Source: Dimorphilus gyrociliatus
Taxonomy: Eukaryota > Animalia > Annelida
Reading direction: 5' to 3'
Assembly (NCBI GenBank): GCA_904063045.1
Contig: CAJFCJ010000009.1
Coordinates: 1,240,968-1,304,967 of the forward strand
DNA: 64,000 nucleotides
Shown piece by piece: positions 26,442 through 45,269 of this stretch; position 1 is the first letter of the stretch, and each line of letters starts with the position of its first letter. The notes beneath the pieces were generated by a model that worked only from the letters and a program-made list of their open reading frames with translations, had not been told where the DNA came from and did no database searches. A program made the translations under genes and the position numbers.

Positions 26442-27914
26442 ATGGCGGACAGTAAAAACTATAGATCAATTAAATTTCAACAATTTCTATCTGACCTAAA
26501 TATTATTGGAATAAAACATATAACTAATGGAAAAAAGACATTGTGCAATCGTATTGTTTGGTTTGTACTCATTATCGGGGCATTTGCACTTATGCTTTAT
26601 CAAGTTCAAGATCGTATTCGTTACAATAAAAAATACGAAGCGGCTAGTAGATTACGGTTAAAATATTCGAAAGTACTTCGATTTCTAACTATAACAATTT
26701 GCAATGAAAACAGAATTGGAAGAAAGAAACTGTACAACTTAATTCCAAGTAATATCTTCTATTTCTAGATTTTCAATTATTATAAATGAGCTCATTTTTC
26801 ATTATCCTTTTCCTAAACAGGTGAAGCCATAATCGATGATTTTATTTTAGCTTGGTCATTAACACCTTTAAGCGAAGGAACTTCTATTATTATCAACGAA
26901 ACAAATAGAGTATTAGCAAATAATACAATGTATATATGGGCTGGTTTATACGAAATAGCATCTTTAAATATAACTGATGGAATACGTTTTGTATGATTCA
27001 TTAATATTAATATTTAGTTCATAATATAATCATTCAATTGTTTGTCTTTTCACGGTTAAACAGTGTGAATTTAAGCAAACGAATTGCTCTTTAAACGAAT
27101 TTATTTCTGTCCCAACAAACATGTGATTTTGTTTTCAATTTAATTCAAGTAAGTTATTTCTTTTTTTTTATAAAAAAATAAATTAACTTAATTAAATATT
27201 AAATAGAAAATTACTTCATAATTCGGGAGAATCGGTTTCAATTCTTGAACAAGGTATTAAACTTTCTCCAGGATTCCATTATAATTTGGGAATAGACGTT
27301 GAAACTATTAAATTATTACCATTTCCGTATGGAGACTGTTTGGATATGATTGGTTATAGAAGATCTTGTTGAATGCAAGTTACGTTTCAGAAAAGTGCGG
27401 CTGTAAAACGGAAGAACTCAACGATACTATTCAATTTTGATACCCTTACAGTATGTTGATGAAATATGCATACATTTCAATTTTAGCTATAAACTCTATA
27501 CCTGTTTGTGCTCCTTACAATATTAAATGTGCTATAGAAAAGAAGGAAGTCTTCTATAAAGACGAAATCTTTACGTACTGTAATTGCCCTTTTGAATGTA
27601 GAAATATAAGTTACAGGTTGACGACGTCCATGAATAAATTTAGCGATTTTCATATGAAAAGTTCCCAATTAAGGCGTCTAACTAGAAACGTTCCGGAAGA
27701 GGAAATTCTCAAGGATTTCATATGGTTAGATATATATTTTTCAACTTTGATTGTAAGAGAGAAAACAGAGAAACCTGCCTACACCTGGTTAGCTGTATTA
27801 TCGGATATAGGAGGAGCTTTTGGTCTTGTACTTGGAGCTACTCTATTTACGATAATAGAAATAATTGAATTTTTAATATTTTTAACTTATGAGCGTTTTA
27901 TTCTTAAAATTTAA
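26442..27914 (+). pseudogene. DEG/ENaC (ASIC-like) channel, apparently disabled
   Basis: TM1 RIVWFVLII and TITICNEN; GIKLSPG..LPFPYGDC; CNCPFEC; TM2 LSDIGGAFGLVLGAT. In-frame TGA at 27124-27126 replaces the conserved Gly before CFQFN; frameshift/stop at about 27370; further stop at 27438. Confidence 0.75.
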
Positions 27915-28085
27915 TTTATGCATATTGAAATAAACAGAATAATATAAAAATAAGCGTCCATTTTGACATATAGTATTAGAGTTTTGGGTTACCTCTTCAA
28001 CACTTTATTCACGTTTATTACAAATACTTGAGGATGGGAAAGGCAGCAAAATATTAATGGAGAAGAAGAAGAAGAAGATCTATAG

Positions 28086-28942
28086 TTACTCGGATTCTAA
28101 TGGTCTTTTTCGACTATTATCCTTATTTATAAAATTCGGATTCATAGCAAGCTCTTCTTGCATTTGTATAATTTCTTTTATTTGCTCATCAATCCGATCA
28201 ACTTGAGATTTAGGTCCAACGTTTGGGATATATCTTGCAAAAATATCATTGTATTTTACTGCAAAACTAGGCCTAATACTAAATAGATTTGAAATTAGGC
28301 TATATAATAATTCAGGATTATTAAGGAACGAATGATTTAATGAAAATCTAATAGAATTAAATAACGTTTCATTAAGTTTTCTATTAACAAATTCATCAAT
28401 GAATAAATTTAATAATAGATTTTTAAGATTTGTACATAATTTCAATTGGATATAATTCTTATCCATATAATAAAAGATTGGAATAATAGAACCAATACTA
28501 ATAATATATTTATGGAGTAAAAGATGGAAATATTCAATAAGTTTTCCATTATTTTCTTCCTAGATTTTTAAAGAAAAAACATTAATTAATTATTCATCTA
28601 ATTTACATATTTTATATGGCTAACTTTGAAATTTATTTCTAATTCTGCAAATGTTCCCTTTATATAAGATTCTATTGTATCTTTTAAATCTTTTAACAGT
28701 CTTTCATCCTTTTTCGAACAAACGCATTTATAAATAAATGTATAGATTTTTTCAAATGAGAATTCTTTGAAATTCGCTTGTTCATTTAATAAAATTTGTT
28801 CAATTATTATTTTTAAATTAGGCCAGAAGATCATATCATAGGTTTCATCTGAAATATAGCTTATCTCTTGTACTCTATTATCCCAAAGTTTAGATGAGAA
28901 TTTAACTTTTGTATTATTATTGCCTTCTTCAGTAAAATCCAT
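28086..28942 (-). CDS. CACUL1: CDK2-associated cullin domain protein (CACUL1/C10orf46-like), 2 exons
   Basis: FWPNLKIIIEQIL..SFEKIYTFIYKCVC, IPIFYYMDKNYIQLKL, IRPSF..FARYIPN, SRKRP. A 28624-28560 intron joins the two ORFs in frame. Confidence 0.75.
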
Positions 28943-29481
28943 AATAAATGGATGAAAAGAGAAAGAGGGAAGATAGGTAAAGAGATCGATTGACAGATTC
29001 TTGTTGTTTTTTAGTTTTTCAAATAATTATATGACATAGGCATATTTTCCTTTTTTTGTGCTATTATTGTTATTTTTAGAATTGGATTGAAAGATTATAA
29101 TTGAATGAAAGAGAAGAAAGAGAAAGCAATAGATGGATAGAATGAGAAAGAGGGAGAGAGAGAGAGACAAAGAGAAAGGAGTGGCTATAAAAGATTCTTT
29201 TAATCTTCTATTTCTTTTTCCTGTTATTTAGTTTATAGTTTATTCTTTTAAGATAACTATATTTTCTTTCAAACAATCTGTCCTTTTGTTTGATTATATG
29301 CTTTATAAATGTATATATCCGTTTAATACACAGTATGGTTTATGGTACACAGTAAAAGCCACTATGCTACAGATGGCGACAAGGAATCTTATCAGTTGAA
29401 ATACTGTTAAGAAATATAGATAGATAATATTATTGAACAAGGTTAAAGATTTAACTAGATCAAGTTAGTGAAAATAGGAAA

Positions 29482-30852
29482 ATGTTATTAGAAGCCTTAG
29501 AAATATTACAATCTGCTGGTGAAGATGAAAATACCTATGTTACCGATTTTGCCTTATATAAGGTCATTTATATATTAACTGTTTATGGACCAATATTTAT
29601 GGCTACTTTTCTGCTATCTCAAGAATATTTAGGTGAGCGATAGAAAAAAAACCGGTCAATCCTTTTAGTATCATTTGTTATAATAATAATAAAGAAATCA
29701 AACAATAGGGGAGAAGATAGCCTGTTTCCCTCCTGAGAATTTTACAGACTCTCAAGCGGATTCTGTAAATGAGTTTTGTTGGAATGGTGGATTTTGTAGT
29801 AGTTCTGCCGAGGAATTACAAGCTTTAAAGCAAGGAGTAAACGTTAGAACACTGTTTAGCCAACCGCATAGATACTATCCATTATATCTACCTTTACAAG
29901 CTTTAGTTATGATGTCACCAATTATCATTTGGAATGTTTTAACAAAATCAAAGTTATTAGCTATTTTAAGGGCGACAGAGGAATTTCTTGAAGATTTAAC
30001 ATCAATTGTTCAAGACAAGGATGATAAGGATACCATTAAATCTAGAGCCACGTCCCTTATCAAACAATTTCATAATACTTGCATCTCAGCGTCGGAAGAT
30101 ACCCAATTGGCAAAAATTTTAATGATACGTATCGGATGGGAATTCTGTTTAATAGTTGGGGGTATTTTCTTACAGTTTAAAGTTTTCAATCACAATCCTA
30201 AGCAATTTCATTGCTATCTTCCGATGTTTATTGATGAGGAAATAACTTGCACAGTACCAGTTTTAGATTTATTAGATGTTATTTGGAGTATTGCTGTTGC
30301 TTGCTTAGTCTTAGCGCTTGGCCTAAATTTGATGTTTGCTTACATAACTATGAAGATGCATTTTGAAATGTTTCAGCCATTATTCTTTAATAGTCTACCA
30401 TACGGTGATCAAGACGATTTTAACGAAGATATTCAATGGTCTGACAACTTTATACAGCATTCATACGAGCTGTTAGTGATGATTTTCGAAGAAAATAATG
30501 CAGTTATGACAAAAGCCTTTGTTCTTTCGGCAATGAAACCTCCAAACCAGGCAGTGGAGCAGGAAAAAAAGGTTAGGAAACTTTTACAGTCTAGAAAAAA
30601 AATTGAACAAAACAATTCCGCAAACTTAACAGGACCAGTAGAGAAGAGAATCTTTAAAACTGAGAGGCACCTACAGCCAAGATGCACTTGTCGAGATAAT
30701 ATTAAACCTACTATGGGTGATTATTCATTATTATCTTTTTGCTGCGTCTTATCAATGTGTATCTTTCTATGGCATATTGAATAATTTCTTTTTTCTTCTT
30801 TATAATATATATTTTCTTTTTAGACGAATCAGCATCTTTCTTAATCTATTAA
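29482..30852 (+). CDS. Pannexin-like large-pore channel (innexin/pannexin/LRRC8 superfamily), 4 TM; 3' end uncertain (30784 or 30852)
   Basis: Exon 1 (29482-29632) plus exon 2 (from 29709): DFALYKVIYILTVYGPIFMATFLLSQEYLGEKIACFPPENFTDSQADSVNEFCW, HRYYPLYLPLQALVMMSPIIIW, and second loop FHCYLPMFIDEEITCTVPV. Confidence 0.8.
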
Positions 30853-31508
30853 TCTTACTTTGCTAATTTATAAGGAATTGATATGAGTGCTTAGTTTTGT
30901 TTTTAATATAAAATTCTCTTTATAAAACTCTTTTTTCAAGTTTTCTTATCTTTCTCTCTCTCTCTCCCATTCTTTCTTTCTTTAACTCTATCTAAATCTT
31001 TATCTTTTCTCAATACGTATTAGTTTGTCACTTGACAAAAACTTTATCAATATATACCTTCACGCTTCTCTCTCCTAAGACGGAGGGAAGGAGGAGCGTA
31101 ATGAAAGGGAGGAGGGAATTAAATGAAAAGCAAGAAGCGCCCCCTGTGCTACAACAGCGAAAAAATTCCCTAATCGATGAACGGCGAGATCTCGGGGGCG
31201 TCTCGTTTTTCGACGCCTGCTAATTTTCCAGACACATACATACAATACATATAAGCATCACACTGCCGCTTTAAGAGTACTAGTAGAAGATTCTATTTAA
31301 TATTATAATTAAAGAAAACATAATGACAAAAATATAAAGGTTACATATAACTTTGGAAGAGAATTGCTCTAATTTTCTACTATTTATTGATAACAAATAT
31401 AAAACCCGAGCCATTTGCGGAAAATCGATAACTCTTCGAAAAAAATGCTTCATATTATGGAATTAACAATAGGATAGATTACCTTTCTCCTATTAAGATA
31501 ACCGCATA

Positions 31509-34500
31509 ATGGATAATATTGATTTGGCAATTTTTGATCCAACTTTATCCTCAAACACCGAAGAAAATAACATTGAAACTGTTGTTAAAAGTCAGGAAGA
31601 TCTGCTCAAAAAAATTGAAATTATCTCCAATAAGAACAGAAATGATAGGATTGATAAAAATTCTTTCAATGAATATCAAGTAAATTTTGACGACGTGGAG
31701 AAAAAGGAAGAAAATGCCAAAAGTTTATTTGATTTGTCGATGGAGAAAGAGATAAACAACTTTGAATCAGCTTTAGATAGTAGATCGAACGATCCGTGGG
31801 GAAACAATTCAGGTATTTCAATGTTAGATTACCTTGTTTTGTATCGGTGTTTGTATGATATTATAGTTATATATGTGCTTGAAATATCAATATATTCTTA
31901 TCATCATATAGCTTTGTGTTATGTTTTTATTGTTTCCTTTCTTCGAGCCGTATCTCCCTTCTAAATATATCATTAGTCAAATATATCTAATTATTGATCT
32001 TCTTTCGTAAGCAAAGAAGAACGAAATGATGCCACCCACTTAAAAAATACGTCAATCAATATTTAAGCGTAAAAAATTTTAGAGGGAACAATCATAAGCC
32101 TTAGCAGATGATAATCTAGCCTATCTTATTCTCTTCTTGGACAAACAAGACAAATACAAAAATACAATCATCTTTGCTTTCCCATCTTTTCCTCTATAAA
32201 AATGTTAATAAGGTCCTTTGTATTATAATGTAGTAGAATTTCGTTGTTGATTATTTTTTAATTATTGCGAATAGTAGAGAGGTTAAGGGATAAAAATCCT
32301 GGCATATTATTTGATATTATTGATTAAATAAAACAGAATTAAATTCTCATGGCAGATGTGCCATTTCTCAAAGATAATGTTACCTTCGCGTTTCTTTTTT
32401 ATAATTCCAATTCTCTCTTATATAGACTTGTGTTTCTTTTGTTTTTATTTCAAGGATCAAATGAGAAAAGCGACGAAAATCCTTTTGAGGATGATAAATT
32501 CGAAAGTGAAACCAATTCTGAATTCAATCCATTCGCAACCATCACTGAAGATAGTGAACCTTTCAATCCTTTTCAAACTATTCGAGAGGATGATAGCAAG
32601 TTATCGTTTAACGATTTTGAACATTCAATGCCGATTGTTAAAATTGGAGAGAATGTTGTCGAAACCAAACGTCAAACGATTATACCGCTTTTACCGCCTC
32701 CGCCTAAAGTAAGCAGGGAACCTACGATATCAGATGACGAGGAGACTGAAACAATGAATGATAGTGAGTCGGACGCCGGTCAGAATATTAGGGAAAATCC
32801 TTTTAATAAAGAATTATCGGTTGACGAACAGAAATATGCCGATTTTCAATCGATGATTGAGGCAAAACATAAAATTACAGAAAAACTACAAGGTACAACA
32901 AGCCTTAAAGTAGAGGACGAAGGGGAGGAGGAGGCTTTAGCCCCATTTTATATTCCATATACAGGAAATGGATGGAAGATGCTTTTAAGAATGCCAATGA
33001 AAAAGAAAATGACTGGAAATAGATATTGGAAAGAATGTTTTGTTAAAAAGAGAATTGTCAATAATATTCCAACAGTTACTATTTACGAGAAGGAAAATAC
33101 TCAGATTATATGTGAAATAGACTTGAAGCCAACATATCAACTTAGTGATATGAATCTTGAAGCCTTTGATCAATTCGGAAAATGTCATACTATAAAACTA
33201 TATAGTGTCCTTTATAGAGAACGTCTTGGGGTAAAGGCTGAACGAATAGCACCAACTTTAGGAGATATCGTCCGGGTTAAAGGTGAATCATAATAATTTT
33301 GATCATTAATTATTTAATTATTCAGTTGCTAAAAGACATATAGAAATCTATATTATAAATATAACTAAGCAAATCCGTTCCTATTCTTTCACACACAGCA
33401 CGAAAGCGGAAGTACATAAATTTTTCTCATATTCCAAATGTGATAATTTAAATGAAAGTAGGTCTAAAGTCTAAAGATTATTAAATTAACATTTTTATTA
33501 TACTAATTCACAGACATACAGTATATACATATATATGTAAACTATATATTATGTATGCAGCAGTCGCATATAAGCTATAAATATTCCTTATGAAAAAGGT
33601 AGGCCTACTAGTTAATTAAGTTATAAGAAAACATGAATAAAAAGAGATATTAATAATAATATCTATTAATAGATTTTGCGGGGAAGGGAAAAAAACAACT
33701 AAAGAAGCTATTTGTTAAAATCTAATAGTTCACAAACAGGCTGATAACCTATTAATAATGCATTCAAGCAATGATGATATTTATATAATGTTAATATATG
33801 CCAATACAGATTTAAAAGGTTTAAAGGATTTGGTACATAAACCAAAAACTACAATGATATTCGATCAACACGCTCAGAATAGTGAATTAGTGAAATTAGG
33901 ATGCCTAGATTATGAATCAATTAAAACTTTTAGCCGGCAAATAGAAGATGAAATGATGAAACTTCAACCTCTGGAAACTGCAAATCGTCAATCTTATACA
34001 ACAAATGAAATTACAATAGAAGTAATTGATGAATATTTTGCTCAGTTGGATACCGAGAATCGTATAGAATTTCATAAATCAAGAGTTAGGGTTTTTTGTC
34101 TCTCCTTTTTAAATGGTGATCCCTATTGCGAAATAGGAATGAACGATAGGAGTAGACAAGGTAAGGAGGTTGTTGGTAGGAAAGACATCATTCCAATAAA
34201 AACAGAGGAATGGATCAATATTGAACAAATGGAATTTCATGTGCTTGTTGACCTTGACGAATACGAAAAAACTAGATTAATTAAATTTAAACCGATGGAT
34301 GCTGTTCGATTTGAATTATTTAGGTTTAGGACAAGACAACAGTTGAACAAAGAGCTACCTCTTCAAGTTAGAGTATCCCTTATGATTACTGATGAAAAGG
34401 CTGAAATGAGATGCGAAGCGGTTGTCTCACAATTTTGGACAATGTCTAGGAAAGCTAACCAAACGCCTTGCCAGGACATTTGCATAAGGTTGCCGATTCC

Positions 34501-35108
34501 GGACGCTTGGGTCTATATGTTTAGAGTTGAAAAGAGGAAATGGAATTTTCACCAATCAGTCGGTTCAGTTCATTCAACTATAAGGAAACCAGGAAAAATT
34601 AAGGGATTAGAAAGACTAAGCCAATTGGCTCAAGGTGATTATTTCTTTATATAATTGAGTAAGATGCTAATTATTACTTTATCAATTCCTAATTCAAGGT
34701 CTCTTAGAGCCATCTTTAATAGAAGTTTCGTGCGGTCAGGCGAAATATGAAAATATATTTAAAGCTCTCGTCTGGAGGATCGAACAATTGCCGAGAATCA
34801 ATGAGGGAGCCTACAAACAACATTTATTAACTTGTACAATGGATTTTGGACCACATGATATTATACCAGATTCTTTTGATAAGCAGGCGTCAGTGGAATA
34901 TCATCAGAGCGACTCGTGCGTTTCTCTGGCTCAAGTCCGTTCTATAGGCGTATCTAGCCAGGACACAACCGATAAATGGGTTAAGTACACTGCTAAGTAT
35001 GAGTATCGAGTAGAAATTGATATTGATAGAAAGACAAACAAGAGTGGTCTTGTGGAAAAGTTGGGAACATCTAGTGATGAAGAGGGATCGGATACGGACT
35101 TGAAATAG
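31509..35108 (+). CDS. Stonin (Stoned B / STON2-like) endocytic adaptor, 4 exons
   Basis: Four NPF motifs and one DPW; GWKMLLRMPMKKKMTGNRYWK; mu-homology domain RVRVFCLSFLNGDPYCEIGMND, FKPMDAVRFELFRFR, IVWRIEQLPRINEGAY. Confidence 0.9.
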
Positions 35109-36487
35109 GACTCTTAATCCTATTTTATCTGTTATTACTTCCTATAAAATCATAATTATATGTATCTAGATGTCCTTTCTCGTGTTTTAGCCTATAGTGG
35201 GAAGCCTTACCCCTTTTAAAAAATAGAAGTCTTCGAATTAATCCTATGAGGAAATCGTGACAAATAGAGAAAAATCTTGCTAAAGGAAATAAAGAAAAGG
35301 TCATATTAAGACATCATACCGGAAGTCAATCTACATCTCTCTCTTAATTACTTTTTTTAGTCAAGTTTACCTGTGTACATGAATTTTCCCTTTATAATGA
35401 CCTACTTTTATCCAAAATATAATCTCCTCGTTCATTTTTTTCTCAATATGTCAATTCTATATATGTAATTTTACGGCAAATATTCAATTATGGAATTAGC
35501 TTATTGCTAAGTAAACATAAAAGCAAACTTTGATAATTAAAATAGAGGAAAAGCAGATATAGATAAGATAACAGTTATTATCAAATTATTCTTAAAAGTA
35601 TATATGAATATATAGAAATATGTATGTTTACACATCAGGCATCTTCCATATTGAACTCTATCGATTAGAATAAACAAAGAAAAGGTTTACACGAATCTTA
35701 CTTTCATGTATTAGTAAATAAGAATAAATAAGAAGAAATAACACAACCCATTAAAAGTAACGAGAGTATAATACGGGATACAAGTAAATATGCTTGTGGA
35801 ATATATATCCATATATCTTATTACATGTTTATACATCTTAGATGTAATTAATTTCCTACATGACTATATTTGTACATCTGGTCAAAAGCATATTCGCGAC
35901 TATTGAAAGGTGTTCTATAAATAATCTGGTAAGATTTTCCAACTAATTGGTATTTTTTTTCTTATACGAAAACAATAAAACAACATTTTCCATTTCTTCA
36001 GTTGTCTATTAAATTCATTTCGTGCCTCTGCTTGCAACTTTTCTCTTCTGTACCATTTATATACAATTACATTGAGATATTTATTCTCATTAGAAAGTAT
36101 AAAGAAAGCTTCAGTGGCATAGATTTCGATTAGTTTTAATCTTCGATGTTATTATTATTATTTTTAAAATTTATAAATATTTAAGCTCGTGGCTTCTGTT
36201 CTTCGAGGTTTGCTTTTAATTAGGTCAACAAAACAATATGAATAAATTATGTCATCATTTAGAATTACAAATTAGTTTCCTTTCCTTTTTTAATTTATTT
36301 GATGTGATCAGGTTTTCTTCAAATAACGACATAACTTTCTTTTACAGTTTCACTATATTCATAGTTTTGTTTAAGAAATAACATAATATAAATAGCACAT
36401 ATCTCTCTGTTGGCGACAAATGTTTAAAGTACTAATAACTTGATAAAATTATCAATAGTTCGCATATTCTAGTTGTGTTGTATTATT

Positions 36488-38440
36488 CTACGTTGATGGA
36501 TCTTGATAGGATGTTGACGATTCAATATCTTCCAATCGTTTTCTCAATTTATCTTCGAACCGTAAAATTTTTCGCTTCTCATCATCCACCTATACAGGAA
36601 TATCAAGTAAAAAAATAATAAATAACACCAATTTTGAAAGCAAACCATTTTGAGAGTATTATTGACATCTTCAACAGTCATTCTGTCAACATCAGACTTT
36701 GCTCGAGATAGTTTACTGCGACTTTGATCTCTTAGTTGTCGCTTAAACTTTAAAATGACGCTTTGACTTAATCCCGTTATTCTTGCGGTGAATGCATTGC
36801 AAAAAGTAATATTCGAAAATGCTGTTGAATTGTTTACAGAGGGAGAGAGAGAAAGTGAGAAAAAAAAAGCAATAATTTTTAAGCAAAATCTGTAACAAAT
36901 AATCTTACCAGAATTTGAATTTTGACACCCAATTATCATCTCTCTCATGACACTTTTTGGATTCGTTTCACTTCTTCTTACTAATAATTCTATTTCACTT
37001 TTGAATGAGGACGAAATCTATAAGAAATTAAAAAATATAGCATTCTTCATAGATAAAAAACATTTTCAACTTACAATATTGCACTTCCGAACGCAACAAG
37101 GTTTATCTTCAAAAGAACTATGCCTTGACCGATTTTTATTGACTGTCATTCTGTCAATATTCCTTTTCTTTAAGCATAAAATAAAATTAAGTTGATATAT
37201 TAATACACTTTAATATATTTTATCAAACCATTTTATTAGTTTTTTGTTTTCTATATAGGAAATTGTTCGAATAGTTTAGAATCTTTTTGCAAGCTGATTC
37301 ACACAAGTTCGCTTCAGTTTTCAGTATATGTCTCTTTCTTTGAACATATTCCATAAAACGATCACTGTGCCTATGGCCAGACCCCAAGCCTACTTTTATC
37401 TTTCCTCTAAATGATTGAAAATATACTTTATACATATCTATATATATATATATCGTGTTTACAGGTATAGTACATGTTAATTAGAATAGTTTTTGGACAT
37501 AGAAAACTAATAGCCATATTAAAAATTTTACCGCATTTCGTGATCGGCTGGAATTTCATAGCATTTCTCTTTGGATAGAGATTCAGCCTCCTTCATTAAA
37601 TTACATAAATCATTTATTCGAGTTTCTACTTTACCTATGGAAAAAATACGGTGTCTGAACAACATGTGAATAGTATTTCATAAAATATTAATTACTTTCA
37701 TCCCCGGTAACTATATACTTTTGAATACAATCGCAAGCTTTTTTTTGAAAGTACGGACAGCACAGTTTTTTTACTAAAAAATAAAAAACAAGAATAAATC
37801 TATTTATTGATAAAATAAATGTCAAAATTCTATAATAAATACCATATTCATTTTTCATCGATTCGTATAATGTCTGAACAAATTCGTTGCATGATTTAAT
37901 GTATTCCTCTTTACGCTTTTTAATCGCCTCTAAATCTTCAACTTTACTAGACAACTTTGCTTTCGTTGGCTTAGCTTTGTTACTTAAAACTTTTTAGAAG
38001 GGATAAATGTATAAATCTGTCACTTCTTTAAACACTTACTGCAGCTGTAGCAGTAGCAACTCGATTCCTCAATAGCTCTTTCTCGGTTTTTATACGGTCT
38101 CTTTGTCAAATTGAAAGTTGTAGAAGAACATAAACAACATTGGAAATCTTTACCTAATCAACGTAAAAATGTTTTACAGAATAAGATCCTTCTTTTATAA
38201 AATAGTATTATTATTCACCATTAGGTAATTTTTCAGGTCGCAAAGAATCACGTTTTAAATTTACAACCTTTTTAGTATTTTTTCTCGTCGAGGCTTCGAA
38301 TGTAGGCGATAATCGCTTGGCAGGGTTTCTCTTACGATTTGGTAATTGCTTTCTATGAACTGCGAAAATAAAGAACTCTTTAAAAGTAGGATAATAAACA
38401 AAGAAAAATTACTTGTATGATCCGATTGATATTGATCCAT
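36488..38440 (-). CDS. Uncharacterised multi-exon protein with two Cys-containing repeat-like halves
   Basis: Chain of GT-AG-bounded open exons: MDQYQSDHT / IHRKQLPNRKRNPAKR / KLCCPYFQKKACDCIQKY / GKIKVGLGSGHRHSDRFMEYV..LCESACKKILNYSNNFL / KPCCVRKC / FCNAFTARITGLS..DRMTVED / VDDEKRKILRFED. No family recognised; some junctions unresolved. Confidence 0.55.
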
Positions 38441-38850
38441 AAGTGCAAATTACATTTCTGTATTATCTTTTAGCGGAATGACAGTTTTATTTAATATCCT
38501 TTTTCATTGCGATCTCTATTCACGCATTTGGTGAGAAACTAGCTGGCTTTGTAAGTGCTGCTCTAATTATTTTTAAAAGTTCTAAAAATAGAACATTTTT
38601 ATATTATAAAATCCAGTAATACTATCCTTAAATAAGTATATACTATATATAATTTTTTTTACATTATTAATTTAGAAAAAAGACCTTCTATGGAAATAGT
38701 GAATAAAGAAGCTATTTTAATCAAATTATAACTTTAAGAATTGCGTAATATTTCTTAATTAGCTTTTAATGATGTATTCAATTTGAAACAAGAAATGAAA
38801 AGAATTTTATTATTATTTAATTAATTGTTGTTTTCTTCTATTTCAAATCC

Positions 38851-43001
<4,151 letters not shown>

Positions 43002-43401
43002 CTAGACGTAAAAGTTTTATTAATACGTCATTTTTTCAGGTATAAAATTTATTATAAAATGTATAAAAGTTTGTTTGAGTCAATGGCCTGAGTTATTTCA
43101 AAATTAAAGTGAAAGTATATAAAGTACGCGGTTAAATCAACAGGAAATGTTCGAATTTATGTTTACCGCAATATTTTGGCTTTCATCTCAAGAAATTTGC
43201 TTAATGCATCAACAACTATATTAAATAGCTTAGCAATTTTAGCCGTTTCTCACAAGCAGAAAATACTTGAGGAATAGAGTAATTAATAACAATATAGACA
43301 AATTGAGTGCGCGCCTGTAATACAGATTCGTATTTCCGGCTGTCGGGACGTGGCTGCAAGTTATCTGATAAATCAAATCTTGCTGTGCATTTATTTGCAG
43401 G

Positions 43402-44651
<1,250 letters not shown>

Positions 44652-45269
44652 AAATAAGAGCCACTCTAGGTTCTCCGAACATCAAATTCTAAATGTTGTT
44701 CTACTTTTGGATATAAAGATCAAACGTGTTCGGTCAACTCTGTTACTCAAATCCATGTACGTGAAAAAGAAATATTTTTTCAGCAATGTGTATGTAATAC
44801 AGTGAAAGTTGCGCTTCGATAACAGCTGCTTCATTTAGCTAGACAACAGCATTTATGATATTTTATTTATTCTTAAACCATTCTCTCTTAAACATCTTTT
44901 ATAAAGCATTAAAATTATGAAATTCCTTTTTTTATATATGTTTATCTATATATTTAAAAAGTTTACTCTAATCTGCAAACAAAACTTTCTTATCTCGCTA
45001 TCCCGCTTCGTTATTTAAAAACAGCATTTTCATTCAGATCAGGATTGCAGAGATAGATTTCGATATTTACTAATTTTGTTCTTTTGAATAAAAGAGATAA
45101 GAAAAATTATTAAAAAAAGAAAGAAATTAACAGATAAGAGAAATTGATTTCGGTATAATATAAAAAAAAACAAATTATATCATCATTATTTCGATTGATT
45201 TCTTGTATTTTCATCGTAATTTTAATCCAATTGTTATAACAAAACATAGAATTTTTCGTAAATAGTTTC

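Noticed and set aside
27124-27126. TGA recoding (selenocysteine or alternative genetic code) to rescue the DEG/ENaC gene
   Set aside because: The TGA replaces a conserved Gly, frameshifts also occur, and TGA is used as a normal stop by GOT1 (61794) and the REV3-NTD ORF (45270).
32349-32452. ORF-track start MADVPF.. for stonin, and similar hydrophobic ORF extensions at other gene ends
   Set aside because: These are intron read-through: pyrimidine tracts ending at AG acceptors or following GT donors, not coding sequence.
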